Origin: a virus
Taxonomy: Duplodnaviria; Caudoviricetes
IMG/VR virus record: IMGVR_UViG_3300046747_000082
Location: 1 to 50,471 of that record
DNA length: 50,471 nucleotides
Strand: one strand, 5' to 3'
Shown piece after piece: positions 9,684 to 20,958 of this stretch (the stretch's first letter is position 1; every line of letters starts with the position of its first letter). The notes beneath the pieces are model-generated. The model was not told the origin of the DNA and did not search any database. It saw nothing but the letters and a program-made list of their open reading frames with translations. The position numbers and the translations under genes were made by a program.

Positions 9684-10508
9684 ATGGCAGCCGGGCAGTT
9701 GTCGCTACTTAAGGTAGTACAGAAAACTCTTGAAGCGCTTGGCTCAGACCAAGTGAACACTATTGGGGATACTCCTGAAGCTGAGCAGATCGCTCAGATG
9801 GCAGAGGATTCGTATTACGATATCCTAAACCAACATGAGTGGCCTTGGCTCAAGCAATTGACGACTCTTCAATCTGTCGCAGATGGTGACTTGCCGACTT
9901 ACTTGCTCATACCCAATGAGGTAGTGCGAGTGGATCAGTTCAAGTATTACTATACTGACGAGACAGATGCTAACGTTGGCGACCTGGCATTGTTCCGAGA
10001 TGTCTGCTGGTTGAAGCCGACAGCTTTTGTGAACATGGTGCAACAACGGAATACTCAGTCTGCTGACGTGCAGCTGATGATTTCGACTGAGGGAGTTCGA
10101 CTCCCGATCTTTAACACACGACCACCAGACTACTGGACTTCGTTTGACGACAAGTACATCGTGTGTGATGCTTTCGATAATACTATCGAGAGTACATTGG
10201 AGGGTAATCGTTCTCAAGTAATTGTGAAGCGTATTCCGGACTTTCAGGTAGATGATGACTTCACTCCTGATGCTCCGCCACACTTCTTTCAAGCTTGGCT
10301 GAACGATGTAATATCTACAGCATTTCAGTATATGCGACAAGAGCAAGCCCCAGTGGCTGCTAGGAAGTCGCAGCGAGGACTCGCAGTACTGAGACGCGAA
10401 GCTTCTAGGACGAATTATGACGATGGAAAAGTCCATTTTGGACGAAGAGACCCTGCCCGAGTTGTCAACTTGGGACGAGGACGTAATAGAAACCAATACG
10501 GTTACTAA
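9684..10508 (+). CDS. Tail adaptor / tubular protein A (T7 gp11-like)
   Basis: LKVVQKTLEALGSDQVNTI...HEWPWL N-terminus; position in tail module. Confidence 0.8.
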   Translation: MAAGQLSLLKVVQKTLEALGSDQVNTIGDTPEAEQIAQMAEDSYYDILNQHEWPWLKQLTTLQSVADGDLPTYLLIPNEVVRVDQFKYYYTDETDANVGDLALFRDVCWLKPTAFVNMVQQRNTQSADVQLMISTEGVRLPIFNTRPPDYWTSFDDKYIVCDAFDNTIESTLEGNRSQVIVKRIPDFQVDDDFTPDAPPHFFQAWLNDVISTAFQYMRQEQAPVAARKSQRGLAVLRREASRTNYDDGKVHFGRRDPARVVNLGRGRNRNQYGY

Positions 10509-10809
10509 GGAAGACGAGGATGCATTTCTCCGAGATGCTCTGGGTAAGTATGTTGATACTGTTCATTCTAGCGACGAGCCTACCAAGCGTAAGTTTGAGT
10601 ACAAGCCGCTACATGAAAGCGTTACAGAACGATACTATACGGGCGAGCGAGAGCTCGTGGCGATGCAGGACTTACAAGGGGGACACCTCTGGCACTGCAA
10701 GATGATTGGAGGCGGTTCACTGCCTAATGACCTCGAAGGTCAATTCACTAATGAACAAGAAGCTCGTGCAGCTATCAAGCTGTACATTCTCAAGAAGGCT
10801 TCTGAATAA
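10417..10809 (+). CDS. Hypothetical tail-module protein
   Basis: Fills the gap between adaptor and nozzle; LPNDLEGQFT motif. Confidence 0.6.
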   Translation: MTMEKSILDEETLPELSTWDEDVIETNTVTKEDEDAFLRDALGKYVDTVHSSDEPTKRKFEYKPLHESVTERYYTGERELVAMQDLQGGHLWHCKMIGGGSLPNDLEGQFTNEQEARAAIKLYILKKASE

Positions 10810-10820
10810 CAGGAAGATAA

Positions 10821-13160
10821 ATGTCCGCCGTTGACCAAAGTAAATTCTATGTGACGTTTGTTGCTGGCCTCAACACTGAAGCCACCAAACTCTCGTTCCC
10901 AGAGAATGCAGCGACAGATCTAGACAACGTAGTGATTCACCGTAATGGTGAGGTATCGCGTCGTTTGGGTGTTGACTTGGAAGATGGGTATACTGCTAGT
11001 CTTGCATCTATAACTGATGCAGACCTATCAACGGCAGCTATCACTACTCACGAATGGAAAGCAGTAAACGGTAAGGGAGATCAGAACATTCTGGTAATCC
11101 AGATTGGTTTGAACCTCTACTTCCATAACCTCGGGGTTGAGCCGCTATCAGCTGCATACCTCGGAACTCTCGACCTCTCCCCCTATCAGATCGGGTCTAC
11201 GCCTTTGGCGCAGTCTACTATCGATCTGTCATATGGACAAGGCCGAGCATTCGTATGTAACCAGAACATGGACCCGATCTATATCACGTATGATGAGATC
11301 GCCCATACCTTCACAGCGACAAAGATCTCTATCAAGGTACGAGACTTCAAAGGTCTCGAAGATGGCCTACGCCTAGATGAGCGCCCTACTACGATCAATG
11401 CGATCCACTGGTACAACTTGCGCAACCAAGGTTGGGCAGGACAGAAGTCCATAGCGATGAACAAGTCCGGCTCTGCCGGCTATGCATTGATGGACCCTGT
11501 GTATGCGACTGGATTGATCGACGGGTACTACCCTAGCAACGCAGACATCATCTATCAGAGTAAGATTCCCAGTGTTCCTTCGGGAAAGGAAGAGGTTCTC
11601 GGTTCGTACTCTCCGTCTCACTTGCCTAACCAGAACTTTGGTAACACTCAAGCTCCTCGTGGACACTACATCCTCGATGCGTTTAACTTCGACTACACCG
11701 CAGCGTTTAACCTAGACAGCGGCGCATTCGGAGGTGGCGGCGCTAACACCGCTACTCTTACGGCAGCTCAAGTTATCGTCGGTGTTCGTCCATCCTGTAC
11801 CGCTTTCTACGCAGGTAGAACTTGGTACTCAGGTGTAGCTGACAAGACAACGGCAGGTAAGATTTATTACTCGCAGATCCTTGTTGATGTAAACAAGGCG
11901 GGACTCTGCTATCAGGATCAAGATCCTACAGCTGAAGATCTCAATAGCTTGCTCGCAACGGATGGTGGTGTAATCCAGATAGCCGACATGGGCAAGGTAA
12001 TCCGTATGATAGTGACGGGACCGAACTTGGTCATCATCGCTAGCAACGGGGTTTGGTCTATTGGAGGCCCAGACGGTGGTAACTTCTCAGCTACTGACTT
12101 CACAGTCACCAAGGTATTGGACGCATCCATCATCGGCAGAGATGCCGTGGTGGTGGCCGATGGTATCCTGTTTCTCTGGGACAAGGGTGGCATTTGGCGG
12201 ATAGCTCGTGAGCAAGTCAGCCAACAACTTTCAGGGATTAGAATTTCTCGTGATACCATACAAACGTTCTACGAAGATATACCGGATGCCGCACGTGCAT
12301 ATGCCCGCGCCTTCTACGATGACTTCGATAAAAAGATTTATTGGTTTTTCAGTAGCAGTGATACTTATGATGGCGTTACATATCGCTTTAAGTACAATCG
12401 GGCCTTGGTACTGGATCTCACACTAAATGCCTTCTACACATATACAGTTGCGAATCTCGCCGCACACAGTCCGTTCATTGCTGGCATCACTCAGAAGCAG
12501 CCGGGGGCGACTGCGATTGTTACATACGATGTCTTCGAAGATACGGATGATGTCGTTGAAGGCGCAGATGATATCGTCCTCGATGTCAGCTTCGACACCT
12601 TCTCAGACAGCAAGCTCAAACTCCTCAGCTTCATTACGTACGACGACGCGTCGTTCAACTATACGTTCTCGGAAGCTAAGTCGCGAGACTTCGTTGACTG
12701 GTTCTCATGGGACTTTGCAGTAAATGGCGCAACAGCAACGGGAGCCAATTATGACTCGTTTATCCAAGGCGGCTGGGAAGCTCTTAAAGACTTCATTAGA
12801 GGTAAGCACATTACCCATGTCACCTCATTCTTTAACGTTACAGAAACCGGATACGAGCTCGACGCCGGTCACAATATAATCTTCTCTAATCCCTCTGGAT
12901 GCTCTTTGCAAACACGATGGGACTGGACAGACAGTGACAATGGTCGATGGACGGTACCTCAGGATGCTTACAAACTTGTAAACACATATATCCCGTCTGA
13001 CGTATCAGATCCGTTTAATTACGGGTATAGCGTCGCAACATCTAAGCTACGAATGCGAGGGCACGGTGTAGCGTTTAGTTTCAGATACACATCACAACCG
13101 GGTAAGGATTTTCAATTGATCGGCTTGGCGGTAAACATCCGAGCTATGACTAGGGTATAA
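10821..13160 (+). CDS. Tail nozzle / tubular protein B (T7 gp12-like)
   Basis: 779 aa beta-rich; FVAGLNTE...NV...G..SRRLG N-terminus; AFYAGRTWY. Confidence 0.82.
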   Translation: MSAVDQSKFYVTFVAGLNTEATKLSFPENAATDLDNVVIHRNGEVSRRLGVDLEDGYTASLASITDADLSTAAITTHEWKAVNGKGDQNILVIQIGLNLYFHNLGVEPLSAAYLGTLDLSPYQIGSTPLAQSTIDLSYGQGRAFVCNQNMDPIYITYDEIAHTFTATKISIKVRDFKGLEDGLRLDERPTTINAIHWYNLRNQGWAGQKSIAMNKSGSAGYALMDPVYATGLIDGYYPSNADIIYQSKIPSVPSGKEEVLGSYSPSHLPNQNFGNTQAPRGHYILDAFNFDYTAAFNLDSGAFGGGGANTATLTAAQVIVGVRPSCTAFYAGRTWYSGVADKTTAGKIYYSQILVDVNKAGLCYQDQDPTAEDLNSLLATDGGVIQIADMGKVIRMIVTGPNLVIIASNGVWSIGGPDGGNFSATDFTVTKVLDASIIGRDAVVVADGILFLWDKGGIWRIAREQVSQQLSGIRISRDTIQTFYEDIPDAARAYARAFYDDFDKKIYWFFSSSDTYDGVTYRFKYNRALVLDLTLNAFYTYTVANLAAHSPFIAGITQKQPGATAIVTYDVFEDTDDVVEGADDIVLDVSFDTFSDSKLKLLSFITYDDASFNYTFSEAKSRDFVDWFSWDFAVNGATATGANYDSFIQGGWEALKDFIRGKHITHVTSFFNVTETGYELDAGHNIIFSNPSGCSLQTRWDWTDSDNGRWTVPQDAYKLVNTYIPSDVSDPFNYGYSVATSKLRMRGHGVAFSFRYTSQPGKDFQLIGLAVNIRAMTRV

Positions 13161-13161
13161 C

Positions 13162-13689
13162 ATGACAGGCATCGAAATTGCAGCCTTGGTTATTGCTGCT
13201 ATCGGAACAGGGGTAGGGATTCAACAGTCTCACCAAGCTGCGGAAGAAGCAGACGATCAAGCAAAGATCCAATCAGCTTTGGCTGAACAGAAGCGTGTAC
13301 ACGACTTGCGGTTGTCTATCAACCAAGCACGAGTACAGCGAGCGCAAGGGCTAGTGTCAGGTCTGGCTCAGACCGGGACTAGTGGTGGTGGGGAATCGAG
13401 TGCAGTGCAGGGAGCTCTTGGATCAGCTCAAACTCAGATGGCTAGCGAGATTGGGTTCTCCCAAACCGTTGGCGCTGCGTATGATAGCATCTATAAGTCT
13501 CAGCGTAAGCAGAATAACTTTACAGCTAATGCAGCAACAGCAGGCGCTGTGGCTACCTTCGCTAACCAGTTCGGTCAATCGTGGCAACGAGTGTCACGAC
13601 CTAAGTCTGATCCGGGTGCTGTAGGGTTCAACAACAGCGTTGGCACTAATCGATATACTAATGACTATCCAGGTTCGGAGTTGGCATAA
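13162..13689 (+). CDS. Internal virion (ejection) protein, gp14-like
   Basis: N-terminal hydrophobic helix, Ala/Gln/Gly-rich, after the nozzle gene. Confidence 0.65.
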   Translation: MTGIEIAALVIAAIGTGVGIQQSHQAAEEADDQAKIQSALAEQKRVHDLRLSINQARVQRAQGLVSGLAQTGTSGGGESSAVQGALGSAQTQMASEIGFSQTVGAAYDSIYKSQRKQNNFTANAATAGAVATFANQFGQSWQRVSRPKSDPGAVGFNNSVGTNRYTNDYPGSELA

Positions 13690-13691
13690 TA

Positions 13692-16600
13692 ATGTCGGAT
13701 GAATTCGATACCCCGCTAGATACGCAAGAGGACATCGATCAACCGAATTCGCCGGCATACCCGCCGGTGCAGGTTGAGGGAGAAGCGGATACTGCACGTC
13801 GCAACGTACAAGCGGCGCTAGTTCGTGACGCTCTGGAGAAAGCTCAGCTCCCTCTCCAGACATATCAAGAAGCTGTCAAAGATCCAGTAGGTCAAGTAAA
13901 CTTTACCGAAGCGACTAAGACTGCATTCGAAACGGAGCAGGCTGCGCATAAAGCTCAGACTGAAGGGATGCTGCTCGGAATTAAAGACCCGAATACAGCA
14001 ACGAACTATATCGACTTCCACCGTCAGCAACTGGCTGGGTTGGGCGCTGAATACGCTACGACCTCTGGTCCTAATGCTACATACGTAAAGAATGTAAATA
14101 ACTTCCCAATTGAGTACACTCCGGAACAACATGCTGACTACGTAGCTCGATTGACTCTATCAGACAAACTTGCTGAGGAGTCTGCATCGATTGGCGCACC
14201 AGAACGAGTGCGTGACGTTATTGCTCAGGTAGCATTCCCACCGAAGATGCTGAAGGATGCATTCGACCTGACCGGGGAGATCTCTCCGACGGGCGCATAC
14301 AACTACATCAGCAACATGATCGACTACTTCCAAGGCCTTACCCCGGAAGAGAAGATAGCTCAGTGGCCGCATATTCAAGCAACCGTTGAAGATGCCATGC
14401 CGAGAGATCGAGCCATTAGTGTACTTGCTGCCTTCCTAGATCCGAGTAGAAAGCCTCAGCTTCAAGAGGACTTTGAGCTTGGTGGCTACATCAACTACGC
14501 CGGTACCGCTCTAGCACTGCTGGGAGTGGCCGCAGGAGCTCGTAGGAGCTTCTCTCCGCTGCGTCAGATGAGTGGCATGAATAGGATGAAGGATGGTGGT
14601 ACACTCGCCGCTGAGACCGTTATAGACCCCTCTACGGGCAAGTCTAGGACTATCTACACGACTCGTGAGAGTGCGATGAATAGCGTCGTACCTTTCAAGG
14701 GCGTAGATAGTAACGCTACTCCGGATCTTTCAGCTGCTGCTCAAGAGCAGTTGCTCAAGTATCAAGGTGTACTGAGCCAGAATGAGAAGGACATCACCAA
14801 TAGTGAATCGTTCGTAAACGAAGGCATCCTGAATCGCTCTGAGCGTATTGCTCAGGTTACTCGGTTCGATGCTGAGTTCGAACAACAGCTTACCGCTCTG
14901 CGTGAGCAAGCTAAGATTGCTGGTGTAGAGTTCGACCCGACTAATATCCAGAAGAAGATAATGTCCCACGGGATTGACTTCACGTTCGACTGGACAGATC
15001 CGAGTGGTGAGATCAAGCAAGGTACGTTCCAACGTAACTTCACGATGAACCAAGTCGGAGATTGGATCGGTAACAGCAATACTCCTGATGTCCCGGATAT
15101 GTCCGGCTTCAAGGGTAAAGGTATGAGTCCGTACTCTATCAGCATCGGCACTGGCGCTCAGCAGGATGTCGAGGCTGTCCTACGTATTGACCTAGCCCAG
15201 AACGGGCTCAAGACTAAGATGCGTAAGATGTACGTTGGGGTAGTCCGTGATCTGAAGGGTGATAGCACAGCTATGGTCCTCGCAGGTAACGGTAAGACTC
15301 GCGCTCAGAAGATTAGAGAAGTAGACGAAGTGCTGAAGCTGGGTGACCAGATCGCTCACGTCTATACTCCGTTTGAGTTGAGTTCTGGTATCAATGGATA
15401 CAAGTTCTCTGAGGATCAGATTGTTACGTATCTCAAGGCGCGTAGATTCTACGATAGCCTGTTCAACATTCGTAACAATTCTAAAGTACGAGACTTCGAT
15501 AGTCGTGGTGTGATGACCATATTCCACGGCAAGAAGCCAATCGGCTTTGGTGAGGTTCGTCTCACAGCAGACGAAGCCCGCAAACAATTGCGTATGAACC
15601 CTCAGATCAACCAGATCATCAACCTTGCTGATCGCAATAAGAACGTAGACCGTTCATGGTTACTACAGGAGAATAACCTGAATGAAGCGTACGCGATGGG
15701 ATACCGCGTTGTTAAGTTTGAGGAACCTATTATGGCTCTTGGTGGCCGTCGGTTTACTCATGCTATCGTTAAGCTCGATAATCTCCGAAGACGTCCTGAG
15801 ATTGTCCTTCACAAACATGAAGGGTATATAACTCGTATCAACCCAGATGCTAACTACATCGTCAAGATTACATATGACTCTCCGCTAGACGGAGTGCCAG
15901 CACTTAGATTCAAAACTAAGCGCACCTTCACCACTGATGCTGAAGCTCAAGCTTACGCAGCAGAGTTGAGGAATGACCTAGAAGTAGGTAAGACGATCGG
16001 TGTAATGCCGGAAGGTCGGTACAAAGGTGTTTCAGTCACAAGCGATAACACCGGTGTCAATGCCAAGTATTTGCGTCCTGACGGCGGTGGTTCACCGTCC
16101 GATGGACACGGCTTGATCTTCGGTCCTCGTGCTGATGAGCGTCCTCCGCATGGCCCCGAGGCGGCTAACCCGCCGGCACTGGGTGCATTCGAATCTCTCA
16201 AGATGTACATGGAAAGCACTAACGCATTCGTTACTCGTAATGAGTGGCGCATGGGTATGCGTCAACGATGGGTTAACACTCTACGTAAGATGATGGGCAA
16301 TGAAGAAGCTCCGGTTACATTTGAGAACTACCCTAAGACTGCTGCTGGCCCGATCATGGAAGCTTGGCACCAACAGATCGAACTGTGGTCAGGCTGGACG
16401 GACAAGGGTGAAGACTGGTGGGACAACCGCGTACTCAAACTGTATGAATGGGCAGTCAATCCAGAATCACACAGTTTCAGTGCAGCTATCACGAAGCCCT
16501 TCTTGGGACCGATTGCGTACCCGGCTATGCGCCTTATGCGCCATCGTGATCCTTTCGCTGCTATCCGTAGCGCTACTTTCCATACTACACTGGGGATGTA

Positions 16601-18200
16601 TAATCCCATTCAGTTCTTCGTACAGTCACAAGGCGGTGCCATAGCGGCAGCGTCTAACCTGTTCCATCCGCTCAAACTCGCCGGTTTGCTCCGCCAAGGT
16701 TTCGCCCTTCGTTGGATGCAGTACGTTCCACGGGATAGTAAAGCGATTGAACTGATGGCTCGTGCTCAAGGGCTCGACCCGAAAGAGATGCGAGCTATGC
16801 AAGCACTCTGGGATAAGACGGGTCTCTATGACTCGATCATGTCCTCGGCTGACGTAGATGCGGCAGCTAAGGGTTACCCGATGACTCAGGGGATGTTCCG
16901 TAACTTAATGCAGGGCGGGCTGGTGTTCTACCGTGAAGGTGAACTGTTCAGCCGAGCTCTGTCGTTCGTTACGGCAGTAGAGGAGAATGGTGGTGCCCTC
17001 AAGATCCTCGGGGATCATGAGGCAGAGAAGGATACTCTCACGCGTACCTCCAACTACATGTTCAACTTGCAGCGTTCCAACGCAGCTCCGTGGCAAACGG
17101 GGGCGCTAAGCCTCTGGTCGCAGTTCTTCCAGATCACCGCTAAGGCGATGGAGAACATTATCGGCCCAGCACTAGGGACTAACAAGTCTCCGTTCACTAA
17201 ACTGGAACGGTTCCGTATGGGGCTGATGCAGATCCTGTTGTACGGTGGTGCCGGTATGCCGATTGGTATCTACGTCATGAAGAAGTCCGCAGCTAATGCT
17301 GGACTGAACAAGATGTCAGAGAACGATCCACGACTCAAGCCTATGATTGATTTCATCAACGGTGGATTGTGGGATATAACTCTGCACGCTCTAGGGATTG
17401 ATGCAACGTTCGGTGAACGAGGATCTATTGCTAACGGGTTCGACCAGACTATCTTAAGCCTCTTCACAGATGACCGTGGTCCCAAGTGGGCTCCGTTCAT
17501 GGGAGCCTCCGGTACTCTTGCTGGACGTATAGCGGATGTGTGGCATAACGTAGGCCTCTTCTGGAAGCCGACGAATGATGTCAGCTACAATGGGGAACAG
17601 TTCAGTCCTCTCAGCTTGGCGGAAACGATCAAGTACATGATGACTGATGTCGGTGGACAAGTAATCAAACTTACCTCCGCTGGGAACCAAGAGCGCAAGG
17701 CTTACTTCATGCGCGAGTACAATACGATCTTGTCTCGTCGTGATGCCCCTATCGTGATCCAAGACTTCGATACAGCAACTGAGATAGCCGCAGCTATCGG
17801 CTTCGAGCCGCAAGCACAGAGAGATGCTATCACCCTCCGTGCTATCAACCAGTCGTACGATGATTACATCACCGAGCGTACTGATGACATGATGCACCTC
17901 TATGGTAACGCAATGCGCGAGATCATGGGAGCGTGGGGTCAGAACGAACAGAACCTTCCGCAGGAACGGTATGACTTCCTTCGCCAACGCATTGAAGGTG
18001 CGTGGGGATTGATCACGGATGACCAAGACCGGGAAGCAGTTAGCAAGCAATTGAAAGATCGACTGATTGCTCCGCAGTCACAAGAAGATAAAGAAGTACA
18101 ACGTTACATGCACAGCGCGCCGATGGATATCGCCAAGGCGTTCGGTATGGCTAAAGAGCGGATTGTAATACCCGCTGAAATTAAGAGTAGGCAACAATAA
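13692..18200 (+). CDS. Large internal virion (ejection) protein (1502 aa)
   Basis: Size, helical composition and position in the ejectosome module. Confidence 0.7.
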   Translation: MSDEFDTPLDTQEDIDQPNSPAYPPVQVEGEADTARRNVQAALVRDALEKAQLPLQTYQEAVKDPVGQVNFTEATKTAFETEQAAHKAQTEGMLLGIKDPNTATNYIDFHRQQLAGLGAEYATTSGPNATYVKNVNNFPIEYTPEQHADYVARLTLSDKLAEESASIGAPERVRDVIAQVAFPPKMLKDAFDLTGEISPTGAYNYISNMIDYFQGLTPEEKIAQWPHIQATVEDAMPRDRAISVLAAFLDPSRKPQLQEDFELGGYINYAGTALALLGVAAGARRSFSPLRQMSGMNRMKDGGTLAAETVIDPSTGKSRTIYTTRESAMNSVVPFKGVDSNATPDLSAAAQEQLLKYQGVLSQNEKDITNSESFVNEGILNRSERIAQVTRFDAEFEQQLTALREQAKIAGVEFDPTNIQKKIMSHGIDFTFDWTDPSGEIKQGTFQRNFTMNQVGDWIGNSNTPDVPDMSGFKGKGMSPYSISIGTGAQQDVEAVLRIDLAQNGLKTKMRKMYVGVVRDLKGDSTAMVLAGNGKTRAQKIREVDEVLKLGDQIAHVYTPFELSSGINGYKFSEDQIVTYLKARRFYDSLFNIRNNSKVRDFDSRGVMTIFHGKKPIGFGEVRLTADEARKQLRMNPQINQIINLADRNKNVDRSWLLQENNLNEAYAMGYRVVKFEEPIMALGGRRFTHAIVKLDNLRRRPEIVLHKHEGYITRINPDANYIVKITYDSPLDGVPALRFKTKRTFTTDAEAQAYAAELRNDLEVGKTIGVMPEGRYKGVSVTSDNTGVNAKYLRPDGGGSPSDGHGLIFGPRADERPPHGPEAANPPALGAFESLKMYMESTNAFVTRNEWRMGMRQRWVNTLRKMMGNEEAPVTFENYPKTAAGPIMEAWHQQIELWSGWTDKGEDWWDNRVLKLYEWAVNPESHSFSAAITKPFLGPIAYPAMRLMRHRDPFAAIRSATFHTTLGMYNPIQFFVQSQGGAIAAASNLFHPLKLAGLLRQGFALRWMQYVPRDSKAIELMARAQGLDPKEMRAMQALWDKTGLYDSIMSSADVDAAAKGYPMTQGMFRNLMQGGLVFYREGELFSRALSFVTAVEENGGALKILGDHEAEKDTLTRTSNYMFNLQRSNAAPWQTGALSLWSQFFQITAKAMENIIGPALGTNKSPFTKLERFRMGLMQILLYGGAGMPIGIYVMKKSAANAGLNKMSENDPRLKPMIDFINGGLWDITLHALGIDATFGERGSIANGFDQTILSLFTDDRGPKWAPFMGASGTLAGRIADVWHNVGLFWKPTNDVSYNGEQFSPLSLAETIKYMMTDVGGQVIKLTSAGNQERKAYFMREYNTILSRRDAPIVIQDFDTATEIAAAIGFEPQAQRDAITLRAINQSYDDYITERTDDMMHLYGNAMREIMGAWGQNEQNLPQERYDFLRQRIEGAWGLITDDQDREAVSKQLKDRLIAPQSQEDKEVQRYMHSAPMDIAKAFGMAKERIVIPAEIKSRQQ

Positions 18201-20668
18201 TGGCAGATTTTGGTAATGCACGGCTGCAAGTAGAACCGATCCCGGTAGCTGCACAGCCTGATGCTCCTCCACCCGACCTTACTACCTCGAAGCTGATCAC
18301 AGCTGCTGGGCAGTTCGGAGGCGGGCTCTACAAGGGCCACCTAGAGGGTGAGCTGGATAACAATCTGAATCAGCTCGCATCCGACGTAGGCAATCTGAAC
18401 GCTCTCAGCGATGATCAAGTCGCAACGATGGGTGATCTGATCGAACGTCAGACCGGTGCCGATTCTTCTGGTCAAACCGCTGAGGCAGCTCGACGATTCA
18501 ATCGTCTGAAGCTGGCTCGGTCGCAAGGTAAGATCTCCCAACAATCAGCGGACATCGAAGCTGAGGCTCTCCTGCGTGAGAGTATCGCTAAGGCTCCGTT
18601 GTGGGCTGATGACTTCCGTAAGATGGCGAAGGATGATCTGGGTATCAACGTTAGCGGATCAGCTGCACTTCAGCTCCTGCATAGCGGCCCGGATGCTGAC
18701 AAGACAGTCAAGACTGAACTCTCTCCTGAAGAGAAGGCAGAGGCTGTGATTCGTCAGAAGATGTATGAGACTGGCCTACCGCGTCGTACTGTAATGGCTT
18801 CCCTTGGCGCTGACCTGATCAACACGATCAGAACTCAACAGCAAGGTGAGTTGATGCAACAAGGCGCTAATAACATTGACGAGTTCTCGAACATCGTGAA
18901 TGAAGGATTCAACCTTCATGCGAAGGATATCATCATCACTGGTACCTCTCCGAACAATCCTCTTGGTGCTGACAACCTCGATCACCCAGAAGCTATTCTG
19001 GCTCAGATCGGTCAAGACCATTTGAACTCGCGTCGTCTGATTGAAGAGCATACTGTTGATCCCAGAACTGGCATCGTCAATCAAGCAGCTCGTGAATCCG
19101 CGTTAGCTAAAGTTGACAAGACGTTCGAAGATTGGAAGTACATCGTAGGGAACAAAGATAGCCTGAAGGTAATTACTCAGAGTAATAACCTCGATGATGC
19201 ACTTGTGCAGAAGTGGGTATACGAGAACGTACCGCAGATCGCTGCTGTTGTTAAGGCAGTAGGTCCGGGTGGTCTCCAAGCTTACATCGACTTCATCAAG
19301 ACGAACGGTACATCTCCGCAAGCTATTGCGTTGATGCGTGTATTCGATCCGACCTCAGCTTCACTGTCAGACGCTATGAAAGGCGCCGGTATGCCGGAAC
19401 TGGTACGTGACTTGGGTTGGGTTCTGCAAGGTCAGACCCCTGCGAAGGGTGACCTTCCGGTTAACGAAGCGAAGGTACTGCGGGATACCGCTGTACGTAC
19501 TGCGTTGATTGGTGCTAACCATAATGACCCGGCAGTTGTATCTGCTAGCGTAGCTTCTCTGAACCAGATGGGCGCTCCGCGTACATCCCTCAGCACTGTT
19601 GCTCGTATGGGTGAAGCTGGGTATAAGAACATCGATGATCAAACTCGTGGCATGGTCGAACAGACCTACACCGGCCAATCTCAGATCGCATCTGACAGTA
19701 TGGCAGGCTACATGCACGGGGCTGCTGGATCTACTATTGCGTGGAATCCGCAGACTCATAAGTTCGTAGTTAACTACCCAGACTACAAACCCACTGTTGG
19801 TGAGGCTGTTAAGGCTGGAGCTGATGGTGAGTCGATGGTCCCGTCTCCGGAGATGCAAGCACGCCTCAACAGCGTGACTGGTATCAAGCAGACGCTGGAT
19901 TATCTGAACAATACGATTGCTCCTATTGCTACCTCCCCGTCTTGGAACAAACAGTTCAAACTAGGAGATGTAGATAACTGGGGTCTTCAGATGGCTCAGT
20001 ACATCAATACGCAATCTCAGTCGCAGAGTTTTGAGAAGGGCCAAGGTAACTTGGTTCAGTTCAACTACAGCCAACCGCTACTGGATCAGCAGACTGGTCA
20101 AGTCTATAAGATCGACCAGCAAGGCAAGCGTACCTTGGTGAGCGACATCAATAGCCCGGATGAGCTCCAAGCTCAAGACCCGTACCTGCATGTAACTCAA
20201 TCCGACTGGGGTACTGCTAGCATTGGCAAACCTTATAACGACCCGACGGTACGTTCTACCCTCTCACTCTCTAAAGAGTACGGCGTAGACCCGAACCTGA
20301 TGGCAGCTACGTTTGACTGGGAATCTGGCTTCGACCAGAAGCAAGTCAGCCCTACTGGCGCTATCGGTGTAGCGCAAGCCTTCGACGGAGCTCGTAAGGA
20401 TGTTGAGAAGGAACTAGGCGTTAAGCTAGACCTGAATGACAAGACCGATAATATGACTATCGGTATAGTATATATGCGGCAGCAGCTGGAACGCTTTGCC
20501 GGTAATGTAGCGGTAGCGCTCGCAGCCTATAAGGCAGGCCCGACAGCTATCTCTAACCTTGGCGGTAAGATCCCTCTGGATGGAGTAACTGATAAGTACG
20601 TCAAGGGGATTATGGCCAAGTTCGGTCAGAAGCCGGACCCGAGCCTCTTCGTTAAGACTGGGGCATGA
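18200..20668 (+). CDS. Internal virion protein with C-terminal lytic transglycosylase (SLT) domain
   Basis: YGVDPNLMAA..DWESGF...SPTGAIGVAQ...ALAAYKAG...TDKYV motifs. Confidence 0.85.
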   Translation: MADFGNARLQVEPIPVAAQPDAPPPDLTTSKLITAAGQFGGGLYKGHLEGELDNNLNQLASDVGNLNALSDDQVATMGDLIERQTGADSSGQTAEAARRFNRLKLARSQGKISQQSADIEAEALLRESIAKAPLWADDFRKMAKDDLGINVSGSAALQLLHSGPDADKTVKTELSPEEKAEAVIRQKMYETGLPRRTVMASLGADLINTIRTQQQGELMQQGANNIDEFSNIVNEGFNLHAKDIIITGTSPNNPLGADNLDHPEAILAQIGQDHLNSRRLIEEHTVDPRTGIVNQAARESALAKVDKTFEDWKYIVGNKDSLKVITQSNNLDDALVQKWVYENVPQIAAVVKAVGPGGLQAYIDFIKTNGTSPQAIALMRVFDPTSASLSDAMKGAGMPELVRDLGWVLQGQTPAKGDLPVNEAKVLRDTAVRTALIGANHNDPAVVSASVASLNQMGAPRTSLSTVARMGEAGYKNIDDQTRGMVEQTYTGQSQIASDSMAGYMHGAAGSTIAWNPQTHKFVVNYPDYKPTVGEAVKAGADGESMVPSPEMQARLNSVTGIKQTLDYLNNTIAPIATSPSWNKQFKLGDVDNWGLQMAQYINTQSQSQSFEKGQGNLVQFNYSQPLLDQQTGQVYKIDQQGKRTLVSDINSPDELQAQDPYLHVTQSDWGTASIGKPYNDPTVRSTLSLSKEYGVDPNLMAATFDWESGFDQKQVSPTGAIGVAQAFDGARKDVEKELGVKLDLNDKTDNMTIGIVYMRQQLERFAGNVAVALAAYKAGPTAISNLGGKIPLDGVTDKYVKGIMAKFGQKPDPSLFVKTGA

Positions 20669-20958
20669 GACCCGCTACCACCCATAGGGGTCAGGGGAGA
20701 TCGTGGCGCTACGGCTCTCCCAGGAGCTCCTGTGAGCATCTACGATGTTTAGGTGAGATACGCTGTATAGAGCCTGATGAAGATCAAGCTCGCAGTTATA
20801 GGTTCACTGAGTGGGTAAGAGACACCCTCTGGTATAAGAACAGAGGATCAGATGAGAACCCTAACTTCTCCTGTGATGGAGAGTGGGGAGGGATCGTTTG
20901 TGACGACAACTGTCAACGATGCGGTCACTAAAACTAAGATAACAATCAGAGAAGTAAT

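Noticed and set aside
20665-20931. 88-aa ORF after the transglycosylase gene
   Set aside because: ATGA overlap is suggestive but no recognisable features; left unannotated
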